Assembly (NCBI GenBank): GCA_028534125.1
Contig: CM052817.1
Span: 13,580,001 to 13,644,000, forward strand
Source of the DNA: Lama glama
Taxonomy: Eukaryota
Direction: 5' to 3'
Length of the DNA: 64,000 nucleotides
Shown: in pieces, positions 12,719 through 24,865 of the stretch
How the letters are laid out: every line of letters begins with the position of its first letter
Numbering within the stretch: position 1 is the stretch's first letter
Notes under the pieces: generated by a model
What the model was told of the DNA's origin: nothing
The model's input: only the letters and a program-made list of their open reading frames with translations
The model's database searches: none
Position numbers and translations under genes: made by a program

Positions 12719-13115
12719 TGCATTTGTTTGCTAGGGCTGTTGTAACAAATACTATGGACTGGGTGGCTTAAAGAATAGAAATGTATTTTCTCGCAATTCT
12801 AGAGGCTTGAAGTCCAAGATCAAAGTGTTAGAATGTTTGGTTTCTTTCTGAGTTTCTCCTTGGCTGCCTTCTCACTCTGTCATCACATGGCCTTTCCTCT
12901 GTGCCTGCAAATCCTTGGTGTCTCTTTCTCTTCTTACAAGGACCCGATCATGTTGGATTAGGACCCCACCCTAATGGCTTCACTTTTAACTTAATTACCC
13001 TTTAAAATACCCCATTTCCAAATACGAACACAGTCAGATTCTGAAGAAGGGTTGGGGAGTGTAGTTAAGGCTTCAGTCTATGAATTTCGCAGGGGACCTA
13101 GTTCAGCCTTCAACA
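12719..13115 (-). mobile_element. MaLR solo LTR (MLT1A-like)
   Basis: tgctagggctgttgtaacaaatac...gactgggtggcttaaa...aagtccaagatcaa...ggattaggaccccaccctaatg...ttccaaatac. Confidence 0.9.
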
Positions 13116-13259
13116 GGACTTCAATAAATGTTTGCTGATGGCTGAGGGGAAAATGAGTATCAACTGGGAAATGAAAGTGACTATGAGGGCTGCTGTTGGA
13201 CATTATCCACTGAGGTGGTGGCAAGTGGAACGTGTCAATGTTCTGGTCATCTGATGGTC

Positions 13260-13980
13260 CATATCCCCCTTCCCAGTCACTGCTTTATCTCCTCTTGGGT
13301 AAATTATTACTATAATATTATAACTGATGACCCAGACTCGTCGACATCTCACACCTCCATGAGACCAGTCTTTCTAAAGCAGAATTCCAACATAACAGGA
13401 CCACATTCATTCACTAATTCAGGAAATAACATGCTTCAGAGTGCCTGCTGTGCCAGGGACTCCATCAGGAACAGGAGATATAAGACAGATCAGTCAAAAC
13501 TTCCCATTGCTCCCCACTGCCTACCAGATAAAGTCCAAATCCCCTAAAATGGCATTCAAGGTCACTCAGTATTTAGACCTTACCCACTTTTCAGTGTCCC
13601 ATCCTTAAATGTCCTTCTTACTGTATTCACATAGAGCTATTTTTTCATCTTCTAAACGTATTTTGCATACTCTCTCTAGGTTTCCATCTGCTCCCTCACC
13701 TGTAGGAAACCTACATGTCCCTTTATTCAAGCTCTAGACCTTTACCACTGCACACTGTAGTGAGGCTTTGTGGATCTAATAGGTTGAAGGAGAAGGATAA
13801 TTTAAGTGCTTTTAGATTGAATGCCTGGGAGGAATGAATATCTCCATTTGTGACACTGGGGATGTTGAGCTCAGCTTTGGGAGCTCCATGGAAATATATT
13901 GATCTGATTTGTTTGTTGACTCTTCAGTGCCTAGAACAGTTTCTGCCCCACAGAAATACTCATTAAGTTTAATGAGTATA
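13260..13980 (+). mobile_element. Degraded L2 fragments
   Basis: aaaacttcccattgctccccactgcctaccagataaagtccaaatcccc; tail cagtgcctagaacagtt...actcattaagtttaatga. Confidence 0.6.
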
Positions 13981-14105
13981 GTTTGTAGACGTTGGCAAGA
14001 CACGATACGATTCTACCTTAGAAATCATGATCTAGTTAGAACCCATTATTCCAATATAACAAAATACCAGCACCACAGAAGGGATGTTTACTTTCGAGAT
14101 TCACT

Positions 14106-14632
14106 CTTGTTTTTTTTGTTGTTGTTGAAGTGCAGTCAGTTACAATGTGTCAATTTCTGGTGTACAGCAGTGTCCCAGTCACACATAAACATACATATAT
14201 TCATTTTCATATTATTTTTCATTAAAGGTCACTTAAAGATATTGAATCTAGTTCCCTATGCTTCTATACAGAAGAAATGTTTTTTTTTAAAACTATCTTT
14301 ATATTTAGTGGCTAATATTTGCAAATCTTGAACTCCCAAATGTATCCCTTCCCACCTGCTTTCCCCTGGTAACCGTAAGATTGTTTACTATGTCTGTGAG
14401 TCCGTTTCTTGTTTTGTAGATGTGTTCATTAGTGTCCTGTTTTTTTCTTTTTATTAGATTCCACATATGTGTGATATCATATAGTATTTTTCTTTCTCTT
14501 TCTGGCTAACTTCACTTAGAATGATGATCTTTAGGTCCATCCATGTTGCTGCAAATGGCATTATTTTATTCTTTTTATGGCTGAGTATTATTCCATGGTA
14601 TAAATACACCACAGCTTCTTTATCCAGTCATT
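14106..14632 (-). mobile_element. 5'-truncated camelid-type L1 with degenerate TSD
   Basis: T-rich tail, then ttgaagtgcagtcagttacaatgtgtcaatttctggtgtacagc...ttcacttagaatg...gttgctgcaaatggcatt...ctttatccagtca. Flanks gagattcact (14096-14105) and gagattcatt (14633-14642). Confidence 0.92.
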
Positions 14633-14819
14633 GAGATTCATTACAATGAAGGCTGGCTTGTAAATGCTAACATAGGTTAGACCGGAGGTGATATATTATG
14701 TCATTATGTAAATTAAAAGAATCCTTAATATAATTTGGGGGTCAATTAATATATTATATTTATATATTATATTGTAATATTGTAAGATAATATATAGTTC
14801 AAGAATTTTGACTAAAATT

Positions 14820-14990
14820 TTGGAAGCCCTAAGTCTGGCTCTTTTGCTCCACCAGATTTGCAATTTTGGTTAAGTTACTAAACAGATCTCCTTAAATCTA
14901 TATAAAATGTGGACAGATATACACCTACTTCATGTGATTACTGATTATGAAAAATCAAATGAAATACTAAATATTAAAACTCATTAAACA
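14820..14990 (+). mobile_element. MIR SINE
   Basis: ggttaagttactaaac...ctatataaaatgtggac...cacctacttcatg...aatcaaatga. Confidence 0.6.
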
Positions 14991-15599
14991 TTAAAAACAT
15001 CATTGGATATCTTATATACAGCCATGATGGCCATGATAACAGACATTGTTTTGCTGAGTAAACTCTGTTATTGACAAATTCAAGTAGGGAAGACATTATT
15101 TATTTAAAAGCACAGTCATTAAGAATTTAAGAGAGATTATTAGTTTGATAATTAAGAAATACGACTATTTACTTTGGCTTTTCTCTTTGTGCCTTTGTTA
15201 GAATGCAAGGAATTCAAAGCAATCAAATTGCCTTAACAAGTGACTGTTATCAAGGTCTCAACATTTTTAAGCTAGATCCTCACATATATTTACTCACAAC
15301 AACTTGTTCTGATAAAAGAGGTTCCTAACCTAGAATACTGGACCTTTCTCTAATATCCCTGAGCACCAGCTGCAGGGAACTAATCTAATTAACTGAATTA
15401 GATATAATTGTTTCCTTATCTCTGTCGGGCGTCCTGTTGTCATTTTTTCTGAAAGTCTGACAGTTGGAATGCTATCTATTGTCCTTACAACCTTCCCAGC
15501 CTGCTCACTGTGCTTGAAATCGATTCAAGTTTGCTTCCTCCCCTGGTTGGGAGCTGCCTTTTACGACTTACTCGCTGTAAAGCTGGTGAGAATTCCCCT

Positions 15600-15860
15600 C
15601 CAATGGCTGGATTACGATTCATATTGAGCCACTTAACGCGCTGCCATTTTCAACAGAGAACAGATCGGGGTAATTTTGCAATTGTGACGCGGTCCTAGGG
15701 GCGTCTCCTCAGTGACGCTCTTCCCGACGCCCCTCTTCCCTGTGCAGAACTGAGGCTGCTGCTTGGGGGTCTCTCAGCAAACACGTGCGGGGCACGGAGG
15801 GCTGCGCTGCCTGGGCGGGTTCCTCGAACTGCTACGGCCCCGTGTCCTCCTCGTAGAGAT
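15600..15860. promoter_or_regulatory. CpG-enriched patch; candidate regulatory element
   Basis: Visibly more CpG than the flanks; two TGACG half-CRE sites, a CACGTG E-box, GCCATTTT and TTGCAAT. Confidence 0.35.
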
Positions 15861-16057
15861 AATAGCACCTCACAGGCAGAGACGTTAGAAGTGCTTGCCT
15901 CATTCAGTTCTTTGAGAGCTTGAATGATATCATTAATATAAAGTGTTTAGTACAGTGCCTGCTACTTAGCACATAGCTCACAAATATTTTTTATTTAGAG
16001 TTTTATATGCCTTTATTATTTCACTTTATATTGAAGTTAAGCTTGGAGATGTCCTCT

Positions 16058-16191
16058 TCTTTTTATTTTTTTGTGGGGGAAGGTAATTAGGTTTTATTTA
16101 TTTGTTTGTTTGTTAATGGAAGTACTGGGGATTGAACCTGGGACCTTGTGCGTGCCAGGCTTACACTCTACCACTGAGCTATATCCGTCCC
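16058..16191 (-). mobile_element. Vic-1-like camelid tRNA-derived SINE
   Basis: The minus strand reads ggatatagctcagtggtagagtg (A box)...ggttcaatccccagtac (B box)...aaataaataaaacctaattaccttccccc plus an A-rich tail. Confidence 0.9.
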
Positions 16192-16829
16192 AACTAGTGG
16201 TTACCTTTGGATTGTGGGACTTTTATTTTCTGTTTGTTTTATTGTGTTTTTGTGTTTTTTTTTTTTACTGTTTTTCATAGAGTGCTTATTTATGTTATTA
16301 AGGAAAACTGCTTACAAGAAATGCATAGCCCTTGCGACTCAGTGTGTAAGACTTCGCATTATTAGATACTCATACAGTGATAACTGGCTGTGCAGATCAC
16401 CCTTAGCTCACTACCCCAGCAGCCCGAGGTTTTATAACACACCCAACTCTCCACTAAGTTGCTTCTGCACAACCACACGGGACAGACTGTCATCCCCGTC
16501 AGCAGCCCAGCAGGCGCTCCCACTAGCGGGCTGGGGCCCATGAATGTCAGAAACAAACATTCTCCCATGCTCCTCACAGTCATTCTGTCATTTGGGACAC
16601 ACTGATTTGGCCACATTTACTCCCACTTGTTCCAGCCTTCTTTTCCCCTGCCCACCCCGACTATAAAGACTGAAAACAAGTTACTCACTGCCTTTGTCTT
16701 CTTTCCATTCAGGTTGGTGAGGAAGCACAATGTGGGCAATAAGACGTTTGCCAATGTCTATTGTGCTGTCTTCATGGGTGGGTGGCAGTTTGTGCTTCAC
16801 GATAAAATGACAGCTATGACGCGTGCATC

Positions 16830-17075
16830 CTTCCCTCCCACCTGCCTGGGAGTAGATGCCATCGAGCCGTTGTGGTTATTTCACAGCCATGAATGAAAGG
16901 TCAAACGATTCCCACAGATGCCAGCTCTGACCTCACTGAGGCACCAAACCAACGCCAACAGAAACTCCGCATGTCCAGTCTTCTCACGAAGCCAAGAAAA
17001 TAAACTCTTACAGGTTTAAGCTGCCACCAGGCAGGTTTTCAGTCATTGTAACCTCAAAATACCCCTAATCAATAC
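16830..17075 (+). mobile_element. Old MaLR LTR 3' part (MLT1J/K/L-like)
   Basis: cagccatgaatgaaagg...gaaaataaactctt...tttaagctg...cccctaatcaataca. Confidence 0.5.
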
Positions 17076-17242
17076 ACTGTTCCTACCTAATCCCACTGGG
17101 GTCCATATCCTATTGGGTTTCTCTTCTTTCATCATTTTGTTATAATCATGTTTTTCTTTCTTTTTAATTTACTTGGATAATTCACTTTCACTTTAGAGTA
17201 GTAAACTTAGCCCCTCCAAAGACTCATTTCCCATTTCGAGTA

Positions 17243-17253
17243 AGAGAGAGAGA

Positions 17254-17291
<38 letters not shown>
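17243..17291. repeat. Compound (GA)n(GT)n microsatellite
   Basis: agagagagagagtgtatgtgtgtg... Confidence 0.95.
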
Positions 17292-17293
<2 letters not shown>

Positions 17294-18849
17294 TATGTGA
17301 AGGGAGGGGCTTTTGATCATCACATACGCCTTTTGGCAGAAGCACATGGCCATGTACAAGTAGCCCCTTTCAAGCATCATCACCTTTCTGACCCACCCCC
17401 CATGCCTCATTCACTCCCTCCTCCTTTTCTGCCCAGCCTCCTTCAACATCATGCCAGGGTTAAGAAAGTAAGACATGGGGCTAAATTTGGCAAGAACTGT
17501 TACCATAATCTAGGTCTCAAAGAAGAGCTGATGTAGAGCAGATCTAAAGGAAATTTCAGCAGAAAGGTTTTTTGCTTCTTTTTCCCGCTCCCATATTTGT
17601 GACATCGCCCTGCTCCTTTCCTTAGAAGTTCAGTCATCTAATAGCGGCCTCTGATTTACTAAACCCTGGAGTATCTTCCTGTCCATGGTGTAACTCTTCA
17701 TTCCAATATAAAGATCTCTTCTGATCTGATCTCTCCAGTAAAAGTCCCCTCCTCTTCTATTTGGGAAGGGATCTGATGACATGGGACTGAAGACACAGTT
17801 GCTCCAGTTCTTGTCTCGAGCCTCTTGCCTGGGCCAGATCCTTCCGAGTGTGACACAGCTCCCAGGGGCAGGCAGCTTTTGAACATCATTATGAAGGGAA
17901 GCATTGCCTCTTACTTTAGCTGAGAATGTAATTTTTTTTTCCTAGAGAATTAAATAAGAGGTGCCTGAATCCTTAATATTGTGGGAATCTCACAATGGAG
18001 ACTTTTACTCAAAAAGAGAAGAAAAAAATGAGCTACAGTGCAAACTGTATTTCTAACTTAAAAGAAAGCCACATCAGACAGATTACAAGAAAGAGTGAAA
18101 CAGAAGTCTAGATTTGTTGTATCAGGAGTGTTCTGTCCATTTCTCCTTTTCTCTTACTAAGCAAAGAAATGACTTTGTTCAACTCTAAAAATTACAAATT
18201 ATTCTTGTTGATGAAATTGACCTCATTTTATGACCAAGGTTACAGTACAGCACAATGATCATTATGAATATTATTAAATAAGTGTCTGATACTTACTTAT
18301 TATTAAGTCAATAAAATACGTTCACTGTAATGAAAGTTTTAATTGCTTACAGCCCTAACTCTGCTCGTGGTGGTAAGTTTTCATGGTTCATCATTCAAGG
18401 GCCATGCACTTTTGGCTGAAAAGTTTTATAGAATGGAGGGAACTCTAAGAGCATGAGCAGAAATAGGGTGACTTTATTTATCTTATTATGCCTGCTGCTT
18501 TGAAGTGGGTTTAATTAGTTTTAAAAGATTAGGTACAAAGGAGAGGAGAGTGATAAATTTCTGGTAATAGTTCATAACTTCAGTGTTTTCTGATCCCATG
18601 ACTCATTTTAAAAGATGAGTGCAGTGAGGTTGAATCACACTGTTCTGCCATCCCCCTGACGTCTTAATGACCTAGGCTGGCAGTGATTAACTGAGGCTTT
18701 GCTCCTAAGATTTTTCTTTCTCTCTATTAAAAATAAATCAGTGTAGAAATGGCCTTCATGTATTGGATTCACAGTCTTCTTTGACTTAGAAAATAAATTG
18801 TAACATTCTTTTAGTTTCCAGTATTTATAAACAAGTTTATAAGTCTACC

Positions 18850-19235
18850 GAAGAGACTTGTGAATGACTCTATTACCTGCCTAGTTGCAGAAGCCAGAAA
18901 ACGGAATCATTATAGAGAGCTCTTGCCTTCAATTAACTGTCCAGGTAGACACCAGATTGAATTTTCTGAAGCAATAATCTGAGCACTTTCTAACTCAGAT
19001 CACAATGCATCAGTGCCTCCTTAGTACTTCTCTCCTTGGTAACAAAGGCCTCCCCAGTTCTGCCCCGTGGTTACTTATTAAGTCTCACCCACTGCCAAAC
19101 ACTTGTTCAAAATGAGCCTTCATAGTTAGCACTATGTTACAAGAAGGCAGAATATTTTATATTTGGGGCCTGTAATTAGCATCACCCCTCTGCCTACCCT
19201 CCAGGTAAAGTCCTACATAGATTTCAAAACTCAGA
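18850..19235 (+). mobile_element. Degraded L2
   Basis: cagaagccagaaaacggaatcattat...caccagattgaattttctgaagcaataatctgagcac...tcctacatagatttcaaaactcag. Confidence 0.55.
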
Positions 19236-19244
19236 CTAATCCAT

Positions 19245-21205
19245 ATTGGGAAGGAAGAAGTAAAACTGTCTATTTTCAGATGACATGATCTTGTATATAG
19301 AAAATCCGAAGGAATCCACCAAAAAAAACAGAGTTAATAAATGAGTTCAGCAAGGTCACAGTATATAAGTTCAACATACAAAATCCAATTGTATTTCTCT
19401 GCAGTGGACAATCAAAACGAAATTAAGAGAAGAATTCCATTTACAAAATCAAAAAGAATATCATGCTTAGAAATGAGTTTAACAAAAAAAAGCGTAAGAC
19501 TTTTGCACTGAAAACTATGAAACGTTAAAAAAAATTGAAGACCTAAAGAACTGAAATAATACCCCATGTTTATGGATTGGAAAACAATATTTTTAAGACA
19601 GTAATGACTCCGAACTGATTGGCAGATTCAATGCAAGCCCTATCAAAATCCCAGCTGTTTTTTATTTCAGATGTTGACAGGTTAATTATATAATTCAAAT
19701 GGACATATGGGAGACTCAGAATGCCTACCAGAAATCTTGAAAAAAAAATTGGAAGATACATTTCTTGACTCAAAACTTTGTTAAGTTATATAAATCAAGG
19801 CTGTATGCTACTGGCCTGAGGACAGACATGTAGGTAAAGGAAACAGGAGAGTCCAGAAGTAAACCTATACATTTATGTTCAACTTTTCCCTTTGTTTACA
19901 AGGTTGCCAAGACAATTCAATGGGGAAAGACCAATCTTTTCAATAAATGGTCCTGGGACAAATGGATACCCATATTATTAAAGAGTAAACTTGGGTACAT
20001 GACGCATATCATGTGTAAAAATTAACTCAAAATTGGTCAGAAACATAAATGTCAGAGCTAAAATGATAAAATTTTTAGAAGAAAGCATAGCTATAAATCT
20101 TCCTGAACTTGAATTAGGTTTCTTACATGCAACACCTAAGCACAGGCAACCAAACAAAAAATAAGTAAATTGAACACCATCAAAACTAAAAACTTTTGTG
20201 TTTCTAAAGATACAATCATATAAAAGTGAAAAAAAAAAAACCCCACAGAATGAGAGAATATTTTTCCAAACTGTGTATCTGGTAAGGATCTAGTATCCAG
20301 AATGTATAAAGAACTCCTACATCTAAATAATAAAAATTTTTTTAAAAACCTAATTTCTAAAATTGAAAAGGGATTTCAATAAACGTTTGCCCAAAGAAGA
20401 TACGTAATGGCCACTAGACACATGAAAAAGATGCTTAAATCATTAGTTTTTAGGGAAATCCAAATAAAAACCATAATGATATGCCATTTTATACCTACGA
20501 GGATGGCTATAATCAAAAAGGTGGACAGTAATGATTGTTGGAGAAGATGTGGAGCTATTTGAACACTTATTCCTGCTGGTGGGAATGTAAAATGGTGAAG
20601 CAAATTTGGAAAACAGTTTAGAAATTCCTCAAAAAGTTAAACACAGAATCACCAAATGGCCCAGCAATTCCAACCCTAGGTATATATCCAAGAGAATTGA
20701 AAACATATGCTCATACAAAAAATTTGTACACAAATGTTCAAAGCAGCATTATACATAATTGCCAAAAAGTGGAATCAGTTAATATTCATTAACTGATAAA
20801 TGGGTAAACAAAATGTAGTATATTCATTCAATGGCATATTATTCAGCCATAAGAAAGAATGAAACAGAGCTACATGAAACAGCGTGAATGAATCCTGAAA
20901 ATATCATACTATGTGAAAGAAGCCGGACACAAGATGCCACATAATTGTATGATTCCATTTATATGAAATATCCAGAATAGACAAATCTATAGACAGAAAG
21001 TAGGTGAACTGCTAACAGGAGCTGAAGGGAGGGGAGATGGTGGCATGAATGCTACTGTGTATCGGGTTTCATTTTGGGGTGATGAAAATGTTCTGGGGTT
21101 AGTGGTGATGATTGCACAACCCTGTCTATATACTAAAACCCACTGAATTTTGTACATTTTTAAATGGTGAAATTTATGATATGGAAATTACATCGCAATT
21201 AAAGA
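19245..21205 (+). mobile_element. L1MB-like LINE-1, ~2 kb 3' part (decayed ORF2 RT/C-terminus and 3' UTR)
   Basis: ggaagaagtaaaactgtctattttcagatgacatgatcttgtatatagaaaatcc corresponds to the RT motif EEVKLS(L)FADDMILYIENP with a frameshift. Also ccaagacaattcaatggggaaag, gctggtgggaatgtaaaatggt and the 3' UTR ggggtgatgaaaatgttctgg. Many stops. Confidence 0.95.
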
Positions 21206-21294
21206 AACTCAGCTTATCTACTAACTTCTCTATGCAAACCTACTAACTCCTAAGGCCAATTCCAATCACACAAGTGCAGTTTGCAATTACAGGT

Positions 21295-21575
21295 CATGAA
21301 GTGTAGTGGTTAAGCAATTGGGCTGAAAAGATAGTGCCTTTCTTAAAATTCTTGTCTAATTGTATGATACCTTAAAATTCTTCTCTAATTGTATGATTTC
21401 TTAAAATTCTTCTCTAACTGTATAATCTCGCTGAGCCTCAATTTCCTCATCTGTAAAATGGTGATAATAATATACTTAGCTCATAAGGTTGTTGAAACGA
21501 TTATCTGAATTACATTGTAAAACACTTGTAGCAGTACCAGGCATTCAATAAGTAATAAATTTACTATTAATTTAA
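21295..21575 (+). mobile_element. MIR SINE containing an internal 29-bp triplication
   Basis: gtgtagtggttaagc...ctgagcctcaatttcctcatctgtaaaatggtgataata...cataaggttgttg. Confidence 0.88.
21342..21426. repeat. 29-bp tandem repeat, ~3 copies
   Basis: cttaaaattcttctctaattgtatgat-like units starting at 21342, 21371 and 21400. Confidence 0.95.
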
Positions 21576-24029
21576 AGCAATTGTTTATTATATCTGTTAT
21601 TTTTATTGTTATTATTAGTAGTGGTGATGTCTCTTCAACATTTTACCCAACTCTGTATCACTGTAGACACTTAGATATTTCTTGTTTCCCAGTAACTGGT
21701 TCCGTGGTCTATTTGGAGTCACACCATGCCTCTTCAGAGTCAACAGGTCAAATGCTGTTAACAAATCTGGTAACAATACCTTTGGCCAAACAGTGTAAAA
21801 ATCGTCAAGACGGTGGCCAGCCTAGTTAGTTGGATGATGTACTAGGCATATTTTAATCTGCTTCTTCTAAAAACTGTGTTTGCCTATTCGACCACAGAAA
21901 GAAAGAAATCTGCTTCTTTACTAGAGTCTTTGGGAATTAAGAGAAAGCTCTGAGAGATAACAATTTCCTGAGAAGTCCTGGGCTCCCTGAGAGACTGCTT
22001 ACATATTCTGGAGAAAGTCTAAGAAGAAAAAATTAGTTCTGTGGTAGCTTGTATTCCCCATCCAGGAGTCTTCTCCCTCCAGATGACTACTCTACTCATC
22101 AGTTTATAATCTTCCAACATGATATAGACTTTTTAAAGTGCTAGCAAATGTTGTTTATTCTTTACATGAATATTTCTCTCATCTACCCCAGGGAAAAAAA
22201 TATTATACTCAAATGAATTCAGTTGCTTGTCCTATACATCAGCCCTTGCAACTGAGCCGTAAGCAATGCTTTCTGAAGTTCATCCTCAGATCTACTCAGC
22301 AGGAGTGCAAAGCAAGATAAGAAAATGGTTCATTACTAATTTTTAGGAAGGATGAGTTCCAGAAAGAAAATTAAAACCATGAAGATATCTGCCATGTGGT
22401 ACATATTTTCAGAGTGGGCAAAATAGCAAAAGGATAAAGCTTTATTTATGTACACTTTACAGGCAGCATATTAATATATATCAATTGATACAAATTAATT
22501 CTTCTTTTGCAAATAGAGAAAATATGTATATAGTAGTAGGTTTTTTTCTGAAATAGCATTCCATTAAAATTAGCTTCAACGCAGTCTGGAAAACAATAAA
22601 TTCTCTTTTTTGTTCAGTAAAGGATTTGATGTTGTCTACTGTAGAACCAAAAAATAAAATAGATGCATACATTTATATGTATATAAGTGTACACACACAA
22701 ACATATAATGGGTTTGAAAAAGAATAGTACTTAATCTACCAGCTGGTGATGAAGTAATTATTTTATGATTTCAGATGCGATATTTAGCACAGACTTGTCA
22801 CTGCCAACATCACTCTACTCTTGTCTTTCAGTAGAAGCATGATAAAGTGTTTTCCCTCAGTTTAACATTACAAGAGACGAGCAAGACTGAAGGTTTCTTT
22901 AATGCCAAAGAAAAAATTTTTCCTCTGGGCATGTTGGAGTTGAAAAGCCTTTTCAAACTGAATTTATAAGTTTCCCTTTTTGGATTCTTCTGTCATATGG
23001 CTGGATAAGGTGAAAAAATTTTGTTATGCCCCAAAATATATATTCCTGAGTTTATTCCTGAGGGAGAAAGGTTAGGGGAAAGGATAAATGGGTTCACTTT
23101 TCAGTGTCTCCCCAGCCCAACCATCCATCAGTTTGCTCTGTGGTCACAGTACAGTCAGCTCTTCCCTCCTTGGCCCTTAATCACCTCTCATAAGATGTCC
23201 TCTTCACCCCCTCAGGCCTCTCTTGACAACTCCTGCCCCAAAGAGCTCTCTTCTCTGATGCCTACTAACATTTCCTGTCTACGTGACCCTAGAGTGGCTT
23301 TCTAGAAATATTTACCTTTTTGTGCTTGTCATGATACACTTGGTTCATCCCATAAAATAGTAGTGAAATTGCCTATTTCTCTCATGAAGCTTTCTGTAGA
23401 TTTACTCACTAATAGAAACTATGTATGTGGTCTCCATGTGCAGCCCGGGAGTGTGACAAAACAGCAGAGAGAAACAGCGGGAAGGGAAAATGAATTTTCC
23501 ATGAACGGATGAGTTCCAGAGATTTTAGACATTCATTTTAATTGGTAGCCCTTAGCATCCACTCAAAAAATCAGAAAGATTATTACTTATAATCACAGCA
23601 TGTTCTGGATGCAGCTTATGTTAGCTAAACGGAAATCTAGTTCAAAATTTCTTTCTGCTTCCTTGCTCCCTGGAGCAGAGTCTTTCTCACAGAAATGATG
23701 GCTGATTGGCTTTCAGGGCCATTTGTTTTGAACCCTAACTGTCCTGCAGCAGCAGTTAAGCCAGCTCCATAGTGGACCAACCTTTTCCTAATTATCTCTG
23801 ATATGATGTTTCTCTGAGGTCCTAAGCTACACTGTTTTTGCTTAACCTCAGTCAACCTTCTCTTCCCTTTTCTCTTCCCTTCTCTTTCTCCCCCACCTTT
23901 TTTCGGTGGTGGTTGTTCTTCTATCATTGACAATTTTATATTTATGATTTATATTTGTTGCAGAACTCTCGCCCCTACTCTTTTCTCTAGAGAGAGCATG
24001 ATGTAATTATTTAAGTGTCTCCTCACTGT

Positions 24030-24340
24030 CTTAATAAATGTCCATCAAGCATCTTCTGTACCTGACTGTGCGTCGCCCAGAAAGCAGTGGTGAGCCAAGG
24101 CCAGACCTGGTCCTGCCCTCATCAAGCTCCCCATCGAGTAGGAGTGGGTGACTTATTCACGTTAATGTTTCCATAACACAAGTGAGACAGTGTCCTGAAA
24201 GAAAAGAAACTGTTTCTGAGCAGTGAGACAGTGTCCTGAAAGAAAAGAAGCTGAGTTTCTGAGAATGAATAAGAAAGAAGTGAATCAGGATTGGGATGCG
24301 GGGAAAAGGATCTAAGGACAGCCTCTAATGACCTCTCAGG
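24030..24340 (-). mobile_element. L2 3' fragment
   Basis: aataaatgtccatcaagcatcttctgtacc...cagacctggtcctgccctcatcaagct. Confidence 0.6.
24181..24263. repeat. 41-bp tandem duplication
   Basis: agtgagacagtgtcctgaaagaaaagaa is identical at 24181 and 24222; both copies are followed by ...gtttctgag. Confidence 0.95.
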
Positions 24341-24399
24341 GATGAGTAGATTTTGTTTGGAACACAAATCTAATTCAGTTCCACCCTCACCCCAGATTC

Positions 24400-24865
24400 A
24401 GTCTACCTCTTTCAGTGGCTTCCGATTGCTCTGAAGATAATAGTCACAAGCTCTGTTTATTGTTAAAGCTTCTCCTGTGGCAGTACCTCCTTCTTTGACA
24501 TACTGGTCTTTCTGGTACTCTTTTAAGCTATTGGATGCTTTATCTACCCTCCTGACACAGGGCATTGCACCTGCTCCTATATCTCTGGTTTTCTTCTTTC
24601 TATTCATGCCCCTCTTTCATAAAGTGGCCATACTGTGTGCCTTTATAGAGCTGTACTGCTCCAAAAGAATGCCTCATTCTTTATTATATTTCCCTGGCTT
24701 GCTTTCTTCATAGTACTTATTTCTATCTAAAATTACACTTTTCTTTGGCTTACTTATTTAACTCTCTCCCTCACTGGAGTATGAGCTCCAAGAGAGGGCA
24801 TGCTGTGGGGTCTTATCACTCATTGTTAACACTTGGGACAGCGTCTGGCAACAAATGAATGAATC
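24400..24865 (+). mobile_element. L2 3' portion
   Basis: ttcagtggcttccgattgc...cagggcattgcacctgct...ggagtatgagctccaagagagg...aaatgaatgaat. Confidence 0.8.

Noticed and set aside
13909..14331. 140-aa ORF
   Set aside because: Spans an L2 tail and an antisense L1 3' UTR, starts at a non-ATG codon, and has no recognisable homology.
16118..16191. tRNA gene on the minus strand
   Set aside because: It is the tRNA-derived head of a SINE, with the SINE tail attached.
16680..16785. Strong plus-strand acceptor (cctttgtcttctttccattcag)
   Set aside because: Only mediocre donors follow and the peptide is unrecognised; isolated motifs like this are common.
19245..21205. Functional reverse transcriptase gene or novel retroelement system
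   Set aside because: An ordinary 5'-truncated old L1 with frameshifts and stops.
21342..21426. CRISPR-like array (29-bp repeats)
   Set aside because: The repeats are head-to-tail with no spacers, there are no cas genes, and the context is mammalian.
22350..23520. 14-mer ggatgagttccaga occurring twice about 1.15 kb apart
   Set aside because: The flanks do not align, and a few matches of this length are expected by chance in 64 kb.
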